Assembly (NCBI GenBank): GCA_017883965.1
Contig: JAFNKG010000001.1
Span: 14,893 to 78,892 of the forward strand
DNA: 64,000 nucleotides
Source: Candidatus Methanophagales archaeon
Lineage (GTDB): Archaea; Halobacteriota; Syntropharchaeia; Alkanophagales; Methanospirareceae
Direction: 5' to 3'
The notes beneath the pieces are model-generated. The model did no database searches. It worked only from the letters and a program-made list of their open reading frames with translations, and was not told the DNA's origin. Positions 19,698 through 29,717 of this stretch are shown here, piece by piece. The position numbers were made by a program, and so were the translations under genes. How positions within the stretch are numbered: the stretch's first letter is position 1; every line of letters begins with the position of its first letter.

Positions 19698-20049
19698 TGG
19701 AATTTATTTTGGAGTAGAAGGAGGAGAGCATTTTTGAAAGTTCTTCTATCTTTGAAGATAAATTACTAAAGTTGTCTTCTTGAATAAAACCCAACTTATA
19801 CGAAATAATTATTTGTGTCTCCAACTCGGCACAAGAACCCCGAGCAATGGTTATAAATTGCTTAAAATCTTTTGCTGTTTTTCGCAAATGCCTTTCTGCA
19901 ATATTAGATGGAATAGAAACCGCTGCCCTTCTCATCTGCGTGCTTAAACCATATTTCTCTTCCTCTGGAAATGTGGCGGTAATTTTATAGACTATCTCTA
20001 CAAGTTCAATCCCTTTTTGCCACACTTTTAATTCCTTAAAACTCTTCAT
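19681..20049 (-). CDS. Four-helix-bundle protein (23S rRNA intervening-sequence protein / Avd-like family)
   Basis: SFKELKVWQKG..IY.IT..FPEEEKYGLSTQMRRAAVSIPSNIAE..F..IARGSCAELETQ. Confidence 0.92.
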   Translation of the reverse strand: MKSFKELKVWQKGIELVEIVYKITATFPEEEKYGLSTQMRRAAVSIPSNIAERHLRKTAKDFKQFITIARGSCAELETQIIISYKLGFIQEDNFSNLSSKIEELSKMLSSFYSKINSKPPTR

Positions 20050-20075
20050 CGTTAATCCTTCTTTTTCATTTATCT

Positions 20076-20108
20076 AAACCTCTGAACCGCTAACCCGCTA
20101 ACCCGCTA
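20076..20108 (-). repeat. 8-mer array (TAGCGGGT)2 TAGCGGTT CAGAGGTT, right arm, inverted relative to 19648-19697
   Basis: + strand aaacctctgaaccgctaacccgctaacccgcta. Confidence 0.88.
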
Positions 20109-21059
20109 TAAAAGCACGTCTATATCTAACTGCTCTGATAATTCTTTATATCTGTTCCGTATTGTAACCTCGGTCACACCCGTAACATCAGATACTTCCT
20201 TCTGTGTACGATGTTCACCGCTTAAAATTGCAGCGATGTAAATAGCAGCGGCTGCTATTCCTATCGGTCCTCGCCCGTTGGTCAGCTCCTTTTCCGTTGC
20301 TCGCTTTATTATCTCTATTGCTTTTGAGCTTATCTCACCACTCAAATCGAGCAGAGAGCAGAAACGAGGCACGAAGTCAACAGGAGAAGCAGGCGAAACT
20401 TTCAAGTCGAGCTCCCGTAGAAGAAAGCGATATGCGCGGCTTATTTCCTTCTGCCCAACTCTTGATATTTCCCTGACCTCTTCCAGCGTTCGCGGCACTC
20501 CATACTGCCTACAAGCAATATATAAAATCGCAGTGGTTATACCTTCTATGCTCCGCCCGCGAATCAACCGTTTCTTCATTGCCCTACGATATAACATAGA
20601 CGCCGCCTCGCGGATATTCATCGGCAGTCTAAGCGCACTTGCCATCCGGTCTATCTCGGAGAGCGCGAAAATAAAACTCCTTTCGGTTGTATTCGCAATG
20701 TGTGTCCGTTGTTGCCATTTCTTTAACTTATATTGTCCTTGACCCTGCAAACCCCATGTGACGAGCGTACTCAGTCCCTTGTCGTGTATTCGATACGTCA
20801 TCGGTGCTCCAACCCTCGCCCTTCTTGACGCTTGTTCGAAATCAAAAGCACGCCACTCAGGTCCAAGGTCAACAATGTTCTCTGCTATTACCAGCCCGCA
20901 ATCAGCACAAAAAAGCTCTGCTTTTCCATAATCTCTTACCAAACTCTTGGAGCCACACTCAGGACATTCTTTTACTTTCTCGCCTTCAGCAGTTTCGTCT
21001 TCATCACCTTCTTCCTTCTTATACTTCCCCTTTTCCTCATCACTCTCAGGGGTCACCAT
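20106..21059 (-). CDS. tfb: Transcription initiation factor IIB
   Basis: Zn ribbon [44 protein letters not shown]. Confidence 0.97.
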   Translation of the reverse strand: MVTPESDEEKGKYKKEEGDEDETAEGEKVKECPECGSKSLVRDYGKAELFCADCGLVIAENIVDLGPEWRAFDFEQASRRARVGAPMTYRIHDKGLSTLVTWGLQGQGQYKLKKWQQRTHIANTTERSFIFALSEIDRMASALRLPMNIREAASMLYRRAMKKRLIRGRSIEGITTAILYIACRQYGVPRTLEEVREISRVGQKEISRAYRFLLRELDLKVSPASPVDFVPRFCSLLDLSGEISSKAIEIIKRATEKELTNGRGPIGIAAAAIYIAAILSGEHRTQKEVSDVTGVTEVTIRNRYKELSEQLDIDVLL

Positions 21060-21095
21060 TTTCTATTTATTTGTCCTTTAATATATATAAATGAA

Positions 21096-21737
21096 CTATC
21101 TATACAAACTTCTTATAAAAAAAGTTTCGACCGTTTTCCACGACCGTCTCACGTAAGAAGGAATATCATCCAGTTCTTTTTCTTTTAGCAGCTCTTTCAG
21201 GAATTGAATGGTTTTCGGGTCCGCAGGATACCCGCTCCCTATCTCTGCCCCTATCTCCGCCTCAAGCTCCCTTATTGACCTATCCCGGTGCACCTTTGCA
21301 ACTATGGATGCAGCACTGACCACCGGGTAGCGTTCATCTGCTTTCCAGTTAGAAATTATTTCAATCACTCCTTTTCCTTCCCTTTCGTAGTTCAACCTAA
21401 GATTAGCAGCGAACCGTTCTGGATTTACATCTGCCGCATCAACAAAAGCCCTCTCCGGCTGAAAATGCATAATCACCGCAGAAAAAAGTTTGACCATGAT
21501 TTCATTTAAAGTATGCCTTTTTCTACCTTCATCTATCTCGCTTGCGGTCATCTCCACGATATGAACCTCAGTCGCTTCTTCTATGAGTTCCGCCAGGTAT
21601 TCCCGCTTCTTCGGGCTCAACTTCTTCGAATCTTTTACACCCATCGCTTTCAGCCCTTCAAAATTCAAAACCCCTGCAACAAACATTGACCCTATCACAG
21701 GACCTTTACCCGCTTCGTCAACCCCTATCTCCCTCAT
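21096..21737 (-). CDS. rnhB: Ribonuclease HII
   Basis: GVDEAGKGPVIG, DSKKL, VSAASIVAKV.RD, GSGYPADP. Confidence 0.96.
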   Translation of the reverse strand: MREIGVDEAGKGPVIGSMFVAGVLNFEGLKAMGVKDSKKLSPKKREYLAELIEEATEVHIVEMTASEIDEGRKRHTLNEIMVKLFSAVIMHFQPERAFVDAADVNPERFAANLRLNYEREGKGVIEIISNWKADERYPVVSAASIVAKVHRDRSIRELEAEIGAEIGSGYPADPKTIQFLKELLKEKELDDIPSYVRRSWKTVETFFIRSLYR

Positions 21738-22669
21738 TTCGTGCTTAACTCCAATAAATCATTATATGCAGAGGTAGCGGCGATAGCGCCTTCCGCACAT
21801 GCCACTACTACCTGTCTCACTCCACCTGTTATGTCCCCTGCGGCATATACTCTTTCGAGGTTCGTCCTCTGGCTTTTATCTGCGATTATGTAGCCGTTTT
21901 TATCCATCTCAATACCCATTTGCGCTGCTAATTTATTTACAGGCTCTTCGCCAATTGATATAAACACACCTTCTACCGGAAATTCATCCTCAATCTCACT
22001 CTCTTTATCATAGCTAACAACACTTCTCACTGCTTTATCCCCTTTTATCTCTTTCACCACTGAATTCCACAAGATATGCACACCTGCCTCTTCCAGATTC
22101 TTTTGTAAATACCGCTCTGCCCTGAGCTTTTTCCTTCTATGAATCAGCGTTACCTCGCAGCCGATGTTTTTCAGATACAGAGCTTCTTTAACTGCTGAGT
22201 CCCCTCCCCCTACCACTATTACAGGTTTACCTTTGAAGAAGAAACCATCACAGGTAGCGCAATAGGATATGCCTCTTCCAAGAAATTCCGCCTCTCCCTT
22301 CGCTCCTAATCTCCTGTGTTTAGTTCCCGTGCTTAGTACCACCGCATTCGTAACATAGGAGTCTTTTTCCGTGAATACCACCAGCTCCATCTCTTTCTCA
22401 CTAAGCTCTATTTTTTTAACTTCTTCCAGCTCTTTTATCGCCACATATTCTGCCGCTTGCGCTTTCATCTTTTCCGCCAGTTCCATACCACCTATCCCCT
22501 TGAATCCCGGATAGTTCTCTATCACCGGTGCCTCATTTGATAATCCGCCGCCTATCCCCTTCTCAACCACCAATGTTTCCAATCCGCTTCTCACACTATA
22601 CATCCCGGCAGTCATCCCCGCAGGACCCGCTCCAACAACAATTAAATCGTAATCTTTTTCTTTTTTCAT
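21734..22669 (-). CDS. trxB: Thioredoxin-disulfide reductase
   Basis: VGAGPAG, ENYPG, SYCATCDG, VGGGDSA, AAGD; start moved to 22669 (22684 possible) since the longer ORF overlaps a tRNA. Confidence 0.93.
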   Translation of the reverse strand: MKKEKDYDLIVVGAGPAGMTAGMYSVRSGLETLVVEKGIGGGLSNEAPVIENYPGFKGIGGMELAEKMKAQAAEYVAIKELEEVKKIELSEKEMELVVFTEKDSYVTNAVVLSTGTKHRRLGAKGEAEFLGRGISYCATCDGFFFKGKPVIVVGGGDSAVKEALYLKNIGCEVTLIHRRKKLRAERYLQKNLEEAGVHILWNSVVKEIKGDKAVRSVVSYDKESEIEDEFPVEGVFISIGEEPVNKLAAQMGIEMDKNGYIIADKSQRTNLERVYAAGDITGGVRQVVVACAEGAIAATSAYNDLLELSTK

Positions 22670-22747
22670 AATGTCGAATCCCATGAAAATAGAATTAATT
22701 TTATAAGCAGATGCATATCTTATAAATATAAGAATTACCCCATCTAT

Positions 22748-22820
22748 GGGCCCGTGGTCTAGTTGGAATGACGTCGCCTTGACGAGGCGGAGGTCATGCG
22801 TTCGAATCGCATCGGGCCCA
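22748..22820 (+). tRNA. tRNA-Val (GAC)
   Basis: GGGCCCG/CGGGCCC acceptor stem, anticodon arm TCGCC-TTGACGA-GGCGG, T arm ATGCG-TTCGAAT-CGCAT. Confidence 0.93.
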
Positions 22821-22841
22821 CCTACACTTCTTGCTTTTTCT

Positions 22842-22961
22842 AAAAATCCTAATGACAAAAACAAACTTTTTGCTTCGCAATTTAAAAGAAAGATTTGTTT
22901 TGAATTTTGAAACTATGATTTTGGATTTGTTTAGAGTTTAGAAATTAAATTTTAGGATTTT
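22842..22961. repeat. Degenerate inverted array of AAATCC[TC]AA / TT[AG]GATTT-type units
   Basis: aaaaatcctaatgacaaaaacaaac ... ttttgaattttgaa..ttttggatttgtttagagtttagaaattaaattttaggatttt; left arm recurs at 59432-59450. Confidence 0.65.
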
Positions 22962-22971
22962 CCGCACTTTA

Positions 22972-23277
22972 TTAAGTCCCTTCTTCTTGCGGGCTCAAAT
23001 GCTCAGCACGAATAAATAAATCCTTTTTCCGCTGCCTTTTTCCATCTGATACCTGCACGATATACGCTCTTCCTCGCTCCCCTTTCACCTCGCCAGTCAT
23101 GCCATGAAATCTGTGATGTGGCATACCTTTATGAATGCTTGGGTCTATACGGATGTGCACCCTTTCCCCGGGTTCAAAGCTTTGGATGGCTCTGCTTATC
23201 GGAGACAGTCCCCGCTCTCGCTTTTTCTTACTCAACTTCTTCCTCGTTCTTTTCCGTTCTCCATGTGAGCGTGGCAT
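22972..23277 (-). CDS. rpl21e: 50S ribosomal protein eL21
   Basis: SHGERKRTRKKL, F.PGERVHIRIDPS..GMPHHRFHGMTG.V.G.RGRAY, RAEHL. Confidence 0.95.
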   Translation of the reverse strand: MPRSHGERKRTRKKLSKKKRERGLSPISRAIQSFEPGERVHIRIDPSIHKGMPHHRFHGMTGEVKGERGRAYIVQVSDGKRQRKKDLFIRAEHLSPQEEGT

Positions 23278-23442
23278 TTCTTCTCTCCCTCAACGTGAGC
23301 TTATTATTTATATTCGTGTGTTATATAAAAAGAACAAAATTAAAAGAATAGCTGGAAGAACTATTCAGTGATGAAATCCGTGATTTAGGGGGAAATATTT
23401 ATAAGGCGGCAATATAAATAGATAATATGGAGGGTGTTGGAA

Positions 23443-24678
23443 ATGCTTATAGAAATGCCAAGGCATACGGAAATATTCGGCTCGGTGAAAATTCACGAGC
23501 TGCAGCGTGTATTAAAACTTGATTCCGGCGGCTTTGAAAATCCACGGGCAAAAGACATCTCCTTCGAAGAAATCAAGGATGTTTTTAGACATCTTGCAAT
23601 CGTTATACCAGTGAAGGATGAAAAAATACATTTGCTGGACGGTGTTTTAAGAGCGATTCCCTTTGACTGCTCTGTTATTGTGGTGTCAAACAGCGGGAGG
23701 GATGCACCGGATACCTACAAAATGGAAAAGGATGTGATAACAAAACTCCACGAGTTCTCACAGCAAGAAATTCTCATCATACACCAGAAAGACCCCGAAT
23801 TGGGCTTTGCTTTTTATGAAGCGGGATACGACCATCTTCTTGATAAGGATGGATTGGTCAGGGATGGCAAGTCGGAGGGTATGATTATAGGCATGATGCT
23901 TGCGAAATCGCTGGGGAAAGACTTTATCGGGTTTGCTGATGCCGACAACTACATTCCGAGTTCTGTGCGTGAGTATGTGTTGGATTATGCAGCAGGATTC
24001 TGTATGTCTGAGTCGCCATACAGCATGGTGCGGCTTCACTGGAGATATAAGCCAAAGGTGGTGGAGGATAAACTTTATTTCAAAAAATGGGGCAGGGTAA
24101 GCGAGACCACAAACAAGTATCTCAATCTTCTGCTCTCAACATGCACGGGATTTGAGACCGGGGTTGTGATAACGGGAAATGCGGGCGAGCATGCGTTGAC
24201 GACAAAGCTCGCGGATATAATGAACTATTCGACCGGCTATTCAGTCGAACCATATCACTTCGTTTATTTGTTTGACGAATTCGGACTGAAGACAGAAGAT
24301 ATAGCGTATCCTGATGCTGTAAGTGCAGGAATTGAGATTTTTCAGATAGAGACGTTAAACCCACACATACACGAAGAAAAAGGGGAGGAGCATATTAATA
24401 ACATGCTGCTTGGCTCACTCCGAACGGTTTACCACAGTAAGCTCTGCAATGATTATGTAAGGCTAAAAGTTCTTGAGGAGCTGGGTGATATTCTGGAGTT
24501 GGAAAAGCCCAAAAAGAACATCATAATGCCCCCTATTGGAGGGATTGATACAAGTAAATTTACAAAAATGCTGGAAAGCAATTCAGAAACATTTGTAAGG
24601 TTTGAACAGGGGGCTATTGTGCGTGAAATAGAAAAGGAGCAGTATTTGAAAGGAGAAGCTTTTCAAATAAGCACATGA
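23443..24678 (+). CDS. mpgS: Mannosyl-3-phosphoglycerate synthase (GT55)
   Basis: IEMPRHTEIFGSVKIHELQRVLKLDSG, IHQKDP, VRDGKSEGM, GFADADNYIP, VRLHWRYKPK, GNAGEHA, NPHIHEEKG. Confidence 0.93.
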   Translation: MLIEMPRHTEIFGSVKIHELQRVLKLDSGGFENPRAKDISFEEIKDVFRHLAIVIPVKDEKIHLLDGVLRAIPFDCSVIVVSNSGRDAPDTYKMEKDVITKLHEFSQQEILIIHQKDPELGFAFYEAGYDHLLDKDGLVRDGKSEGMIIGMMLAKSLGKDFIGFADADNYIPSSVREYVLDYAAGFCMSESPYSMVRLHWRYKPKVVEDKLYFKKWGRVSETTNKYLNLLLSTCTGFETGVVITGNAGEHALTTKLADIMNYSTGYSVEPYHFVYLFDEFGLKTEDIAYPDAVSAGIEIFQIETLNPHIHEEKGEEHINNMLLGSLRTVYHSKLCNDYVRLKVLEELGDILELEKPKKNIIMPPIGGIDTSKFTKMLESNSETFVRFEQGAIVREIEKEQYLKGEAFQIST

Positions 24679-25481
24679 AAAAAGTTCTTTTCACAGACCT
24701 TGACGGAACCCTGCTCGACCTCTTTGACTATTCTTACGATGCAGCCCTTCCGGCTCTGGTAGCCTTGAAGAAGAGAAGTATCCCCATCGTGTTTTGCACG
24801 GCGAAAACATTAGCAGAGAACGAATACTACCGGAAGGAGATGGGAATAGAAGACCCTTTTATCGTAGAGAATGGTGGAGCGATTTTCATTCCTGAGAATT
24901 ACTTCTCTTTCGGTTTTGAGTGTGAGGAGAAGAGCAATTACTGCGTTGTTGAACTTGGTGCTTCGTATGGTGAGTTAAGGGGAGCCTTAAAGGAAATCAG
25001 GGAGGAAACAGGATTTAAAATAACCGGTTTTGGCGATATGACCGCAGAAGAGGTTGGAGAAGATGCGAACTTAAGTGTGGAGAAGGCGAAACTTGCGAAG
25101 ATGAAGGAATACAATGAGAGTTTCATCTTTGATGAACCAAAGGAGAAGGAGGCAATTTTGTTTGAGAAAATTAAAGAGAAGGGATTTAAGGTCACTCATG
25201 GGGGAAGGTATTACAACATTCACGGTAAGAACGCGGATAAAGGTAAAGCGGTGAAGATTCTCACAGAGTTCTTCAAGAAGGAATATGGAGAAGTGAAGAG
25301 CATAGGCATTGGAGATAGCATGAATGATATCCCGATGTTGAAAGCAGTGGAGCAGCCAGCGTTGGTAAAGAACAAAAAGGGTGCATGGCTTGATATTTCC
25401 CTGCCAAACCTTTATAAAGCGGAGGGGGAGGGACCGGAAGGCTGGGTTGAGGTCGTGGAAAAGATTATAATCAACAATTAA
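24675..25481 (+). CDS. mpgP: Mannosyl-3-phosphoglycerate phosphatase (HAD IIB)
   Basis: FTDLDGTLL, CTAKT, ENGG, GGRY, DKGKA, GDSMNDIPML; coupled to mpgS. Confidence 0.92.
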   Translation: MKKVLFTDLDGTLLDLFDYSYDAALPALVALKKRSIPIVFCTAKTLAENEYYRKEMGIEDPFIVENGGAIFIPENYFSFGFECEEKSNYCVVELGASYGELRGALKEIREETGFKITGFGDMTAEEVGEDANLSVEKAKLAKMKEYNESFIFDEPKEKEAILFEKIKEKGFKVTHGGRYYNIHGKNADKGKAVKILTEFFKKEYGEVKSIGIGDSMNDIPMLKAVEQPALVKNKKGAWLDISLPNLYKAEGEGPEGWVEVVEKIIINN

Positions 25482-25500
25482 GTGATATTGAAGTAGAGAT

Positions 25501-28119
25501 ATGACAAGCGGAAAGACAGAGGAAAAAGATACGATTTACCTTGTCCCACACACGCATTACGATGCCATCTGGGTATTCACGAAGGAGGACTATTTTTACA
25601 TCAATCTGATGCTTATTTTGAAGGAGGTAGTTGAGCTTCTTGAAAAGACGGATTACAAGTTCCTGATAGAGCAAACCTTTCTGCTGGAAGAGCTGGAGAT
25701 GCGGTATCCGGAACTATTCTCAAAGGTTGCGAAGTACATAAAAGAAGGAAAGATAGAGATCGCCGGCGGGGAATACCTGATGGCAGATACGATGCTTCCG
25801 AATGGAGAAACACTGGTAAGAGAAATCATGGTTGGTAAGAGATACGTGAAGGAGAAGTTCGGTGTTGACGTTCCGGTAATGTGGCAGGCAGACAGCTTTG
25901 GTTTGAATGCCCAGCTACCGCAGATATACAAAAAATCAGGCTACAAATATGTTGCATTCAGAAGGGGTACAGCGAAGAGAAAGCCGTCGGAATTTATCTG
26001 GCAGGGCTTGGATGGAACGGGGATTTTAGCACACTGGATGCTTCTTGGATACAGAGCAGGATTGGACTTGACACAGCTGGCGGAAAGCCATGATAAACTC
26101 AAGGAAGTCGCAGCAACTTCGCATATCTTGATGCCTTCCGGGAGTGGAGTTACGATGCCACAACCGGAAACGGTGGAAGTGGTGAAGGCGTGGAATGAGA
26201 AGAGAGGCGAAGTAGCGGAGATGAAAATTGCAACGCCGGGTGAATTCTTTGAAGCACTGGAGAAGGAAGTAGAAGACCTGAACCTTGAGGTGGAGGTAAG
26301 GAAGGGCGAGATGTATTCGGGGAAGTATTCAGAGGTGTTTCCAAATTGCTGCTCGAGCAGGATGTGGATAAAACAGGGGCTTCATGATTACGAGAGCTGG
26401 TTGTTGTGTTGCGAGCGATGGGGTGCAATATCCTATCTCTTGAGCGGCTACTATCCCTCTGATGAGTTCAGGGACTGCTGGCGTAAAAATTTGTTCATCG
26501 CATTTCATGATGTGGTTCCGGGGACAGGGATGGACCGGGGTTACGATGAGGCGAGGCAATATTTTGGCTTTCTCAAGACCAAAATGATAACACTCTGTCC
26601 TCGCATACTCTCTATGATAATAGAGGCTGAATCGGAGGAGGACGAAGGCGGAGTTGAAAGTGGGGATATAATTGTATTTAACTCGTTGTCGTGGGAAGTG
26701 AGGAACTGGATAGAGATGGAGTTGAACTTTGACAAAGGAAAAGTAATTGCGATTAAGGGATTGAAAAGCGGAGAAGAGGAAATAGATGTAGAGGTGATAA
26801 AATTTGCGAGGTATGAAGATGACTCGTTGAGGTCTGCGAAGATAGGATTTGTTCCCACGGTTCCTGCGCTGGGATATAAGCTGTATAGAATCCTTGAGCG
26901 TGCGCCGAAGCGGTATCGTTATGAGCCGAATTATATCATGATAAGAGGGAACACCATAGAAAATAGCTTCTTTGGGGTTGAGGTGGACCCTGCCACGGGG
27001 TTGGTTGACGTGATTCAAGGCGATAGGGAGAGGATTTGCACGGCGAATGAGCTTGTGCTGGAAGAAGAAACCGGCGACCTTTACTACCACCGGCAAACAT
27101 TGGACATCCCGTTGAAAACAGAGAAGGGAGAAGGAGTGAAGTATGGCTCGTTCAGGGTAGAGAACTTTTGGATAAATAAGAGTCCTTTGAGACGTGTTAT
27201 CAATGTCGAGACTAATTATTTTTCACTGCGCTGGCCGTACAGATTGACGGAGAAGATGGAGCCCCTTATATGGCGGCATAAATTCTTAGAGTGCAGAAAG
27301 AAAATAATAGTTTATAAGGACATTCCGAGGATAGATTTCATCACGCACGTAGAGGATAAGCATCCGAAGTCACGGCTCAGGGTCAGGTTCTCCACGGACA
27401 TAGAATCTTCGGCTTATTCCTGCGGTAGTCAATTTGGCGTTGTTTCCCGCCCGACAGACCAATGGAGCTATAAACCAGAAGAGGAGTGGGTTGAGGAGCC
27501 CTGTGGTGTATTTCCCTCGATAGGATGGCTTGATTATTCTGACGGAAAGAAGGGCTTGACCGTGATTCACAGGGGGATACCGGAGAACGAGGTAAGAGAT
27601 GGCGACATCTATTTAACACTGCTCAGAAGCGTTTTAATGCTCTCCTCGGATGGTAAGACAGGTCCTGCAATACCGGTTCCGAATGCGCAGGAGTTGAAAA
27701 GATACGTATTCCGATATTCCATTTACCCGCACGAAGGAGACTGGCGTGAAGCATCATCCTACAAGCATGCTTATGAGTTCAACTCCGATCTGGATGCAGT
27801 GCAATTGTCTGATGGCGTGAAACTACCTTTGAAACGGTCTTTTTTGAAAATAGAGCCGGAAAGTGTTGTTTTATCCGCACTGAAAAGGGCAGAGGATGGG
27901 GATGGGGATGGGGATAGAGTGATTATGAGATTTTATGAAACGAAGGGAAAAGAGACGAATGCTGAAATAACGCTGTTCAGAGAGCCAAAGGCAGTCAAGG
28001 TGGTGAACCTGCTGGAGGAAGATGACGAAGGAGTGGAAAAAGAGTTGAAAAAAGCGGGTGAGAGAATTGAGTTGAAGATGAAACCTTTTGAGATAGTTAC
28101 TTTGAAGATGCAACTTTAA
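25501..28119 (+). CDS. GH38 alpha-mannosidase family hydrolase, copy 1
   Basis: HTHYD Zn motif, WQADSFG nucleophile motif, FHDVVPGT, LTLLRS, MKPFEIVTL. Confidence 0.92.
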   Translation: MTSGKTEEKDTIYLVPHTHYDAIWVFTKEDYFYINLMLILKEVVELLEKTDYKFLIEQTFLLEELEMRYPELFSKVAKYIKEGKIEIAGGEYLMADTMLPNGETLVREIMVGKRYVKEKFGVDVPVMWQADSFGLNAQLPQIYKKSGYKYVAFRRGTAKRKPSEFIWQGLDGTGILAHWMLLGYRAGLDLTQLAESHDKLKEVAATSHILMPSGSGVTMPQPETVEVVKAWNEKRGEVAEMKIATPGEFFEALEKEVEDLNLEVEVRKGEMYSGKYSEVFPNCCSSRMWIKQGLHDYESWLLCCERWGAISYLLSGYYPSDEFRDCWRKNLFIAFHDVVPGTGMDRGYDEARQYFGFLKTKMITLCPRILSMIIEAESEEDEGGVESGDIIVFNSLSWEVRNWIEMELNFDKGKVIAIKGLKSGEEEIDVEVIKFARYEDDSLRSAKIGFVPTVPALGYKLYRILERAPKRYRYEPNYIMIRGNTIENSFFGVEVDPATGLVDVIQGDRERICTANELVLEEETGDLYYHRQTLDIPLKTEKGEGVKYGSFRVENFWINKSPLRRVINVETNYFSLRWPYRLTEKMEPLIWRHKFLECRKKIIVYKDIPRIDFITHVEDKHPKSRLRVRFSTDIESSAYSCGSQFGVVSRPTDQWSYKPEEEWVEEPCGVFPSIGWLDYSDGKKGLTVIHRGIPENEVRDGDIYLTLLRSVLMLSSDGKTGPAIPVPNAQELKRYVFRYSIYPHEGDWREASSYKHAYEFNSDLDAVQLSDGVKLPLKRSFLKIEPESVVLSALKRAEDGDGDGDRVIMRFYETKGKETNAEITLFREPKAVKVVNLLEEDDEGVEKELKKAGERIELKMKPFEIVTLKMQL

Positions 28120-28147
28120 TAATAATTACAGGAGATTTAAATAAATC

Positions 28148-28894
28148 ATGAAGGCTGCTGTTGCACAAGTCAAGCTTTATGATGACATAGATGCCAATTT
28201 AATAACCATTTCTAAATATATCTCATTGGCATCGAAAGAGGAAATAGACATTTTGTGTTTTCCTGAATGTAATATTACTGGCTATGTGCGTGATTTTAGT
28301 AAAGTTAACCCGGATAAATTAATGGAAGCGTTGGATATTATTCAAGAACAGGTGGCGAAAGATTGTGTGAACGTTATTGTGGGAGCTCCTTATTTTGAAC
28401 GCGAGAAACGTTTTAATAGTGCAATAGTCCTGTTAACGAATGGAAAGCGGCATATTTATCACAAGATTAATCTCACTTCTTCTGAAGAAGCATATTTCAA
28501 AAAAGGTAAAAAACCATTAATTTTTCAGTTAGACGATGTTAAGTTCGGAGTTTTGATTTGCAGAGACCAGAACGATCCGATGCTCACTCGTGAATATAAA
28601 ACATCAGAGGCAGATGCTATCTTTATCCTATCGGCGCATTTTTATGAACCCATTGAAGCGATACGAAAACTAAATAAAAATAGGGCTTTGCCGATTGCGA
28701 GAGCTGTTGAAAACAATTTATTTGTACTTAAAGCCAATGCAGTTGGCTCAAATAATAAGAAAATCAGTTTAGGTGGAAGTTTGATTATAGATCCAGGAGG
28801 TTTTGTCATCCACGAAGGTAATAATATAAATGAGATGATATTGAGTTATGAAATACCAAAAAGAAATGCACAAAGAGAGAACAATTTAAAATAA
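28148..28894 (+). CDS. Carbon-nitrogen hydrolase (nitrilase superfamily)
   Basis: Triad motifs FPEC (E), YHKINL (K), LICRD (C); ARAVEN. Confidence 0.88.
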   Translation: MKAAVAQVKLYDDIDANLITISKYISLASKEEIDILCFPECNITGYVRDFSKVNPDKLMEALDIIQEQVAKDCVNVIVGAPYFEREKRFNSAIVLLTNGKRHIYHKINLTSSEEAYFKKGKKPLIFQLDDVKFGVLICRDQNDPMLTREYKTSEADAIFILSAHFYEPIEAIRKLNKNRALPIARAVENNLFVLKANAVGSNNKKISLGGSLIIDPGGFVIHEGNNINEMILSYEIPKRNAQRENNLK

Positions 28895-29671
28895 ATGACA
28901 ATCTTTCATAGAGCTGTAAATTTAAGAGATAGTAAAATGAGTACAGGGAAACATTTAGACCATAATCAGGAGTTACACATCGGGCTGCTTGTTCTTGCTA
29001 CAGACCCGACCGCCGAAACAGAATTCCGGAAAATGTTAAATACCGATAGGGTAGCGTTTTTTGTAAATCGCGTATATTATAAAAATCCAGTGACTATTGA
29101 AAACCTTCGCGCGATGGGAGATGATTTGACCAGAGCAACTTCGCATATCCTTCCAGAAAGTCATTTGGATGTTGTTGCCTATGCCTGCACATCAGGCACG
29201 GCTGCTATAGGAGCAGACAAAACAATTGAATATATACAACGAGCAAGACCAGGGGTTGCATGTACAACACCGCTTATAGCCGCATGCAAGGGTTTTACTA
29301 AATTGGGTGTGCATCGGATTGCACTTATTACACCATACAAAACCGAGGTTGATGATCTAATTAAAGGTTATTTTGAAGAACAAAACATTTCCATTGTTAA
29401 AAACACCAGTTTTGATTTAGAATCTGACGTTGAGATAGCTCGTCTGTCGGCATCATCAATTTATGATGCTGCCTGTGAGATTAATAACTCAAGAGTAGAT
29501 GGAATTTTTATCTCATGTACAGCACTAAGAGCTGCGGAAACAATAAAACCAATTGAAGAAGAAATTGGCAAACCTGTTATAACCAGTAATCAGGCACTCC
29601 TCTGGGATGCTTTACGACTCGGCGGCTACAACGATGTAATTCCCGGTTATGGCAAACTCATGGAGATTTAA
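28895..29671 (+). CDS. Asp/Glu racemase-maleate isomerase family protein, EutA-like
   Basis: IGLLVLATD.TAE.EF, YACTSG, LITPY, FISCTALR, KPVITSNQA..W..LRL.G..PGYGKL. Confidence 0.82.
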   Translation: MTIFHRAVNLRDSKMSTGKHLDHNQELHIGLLVLATDPTAETEFRKMLNTDRVAFFVNRVYYKNPVTIENLRAMGDDLTRATSHILPESHLDVVAYACTSGTAAIGADKTIEYIQRARPGVACTTPLIAACKGFTKLGVHRIALITPYKTEVDDLIKGYFEEQNISIVKNTSFDLESDVEIARLSASSIYDAACEINNSRVDGIFISCTALRAAETIKPIEEEIGKPVITSNQALLWDALRLGGYNDVIPGYGKLMEI

Positions 29672-29717
29672 TATCTATATATAAAGTAAAGCACCCAAAT
29701 CCTAATAAGAAATAAAA

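Noticed and set aside
19681-20049. Diversity-generating retroelement (Avd-like gene)
   Set aside because: No reverse transcriptase in the window and no template/variable repeat pair differing only at adenines was seen.
22670-22864. N-terminal extension of trxB in the ORF track
   Set aside because: It runs antisense through tRNA-Val; TrxB homology starts near 22669.
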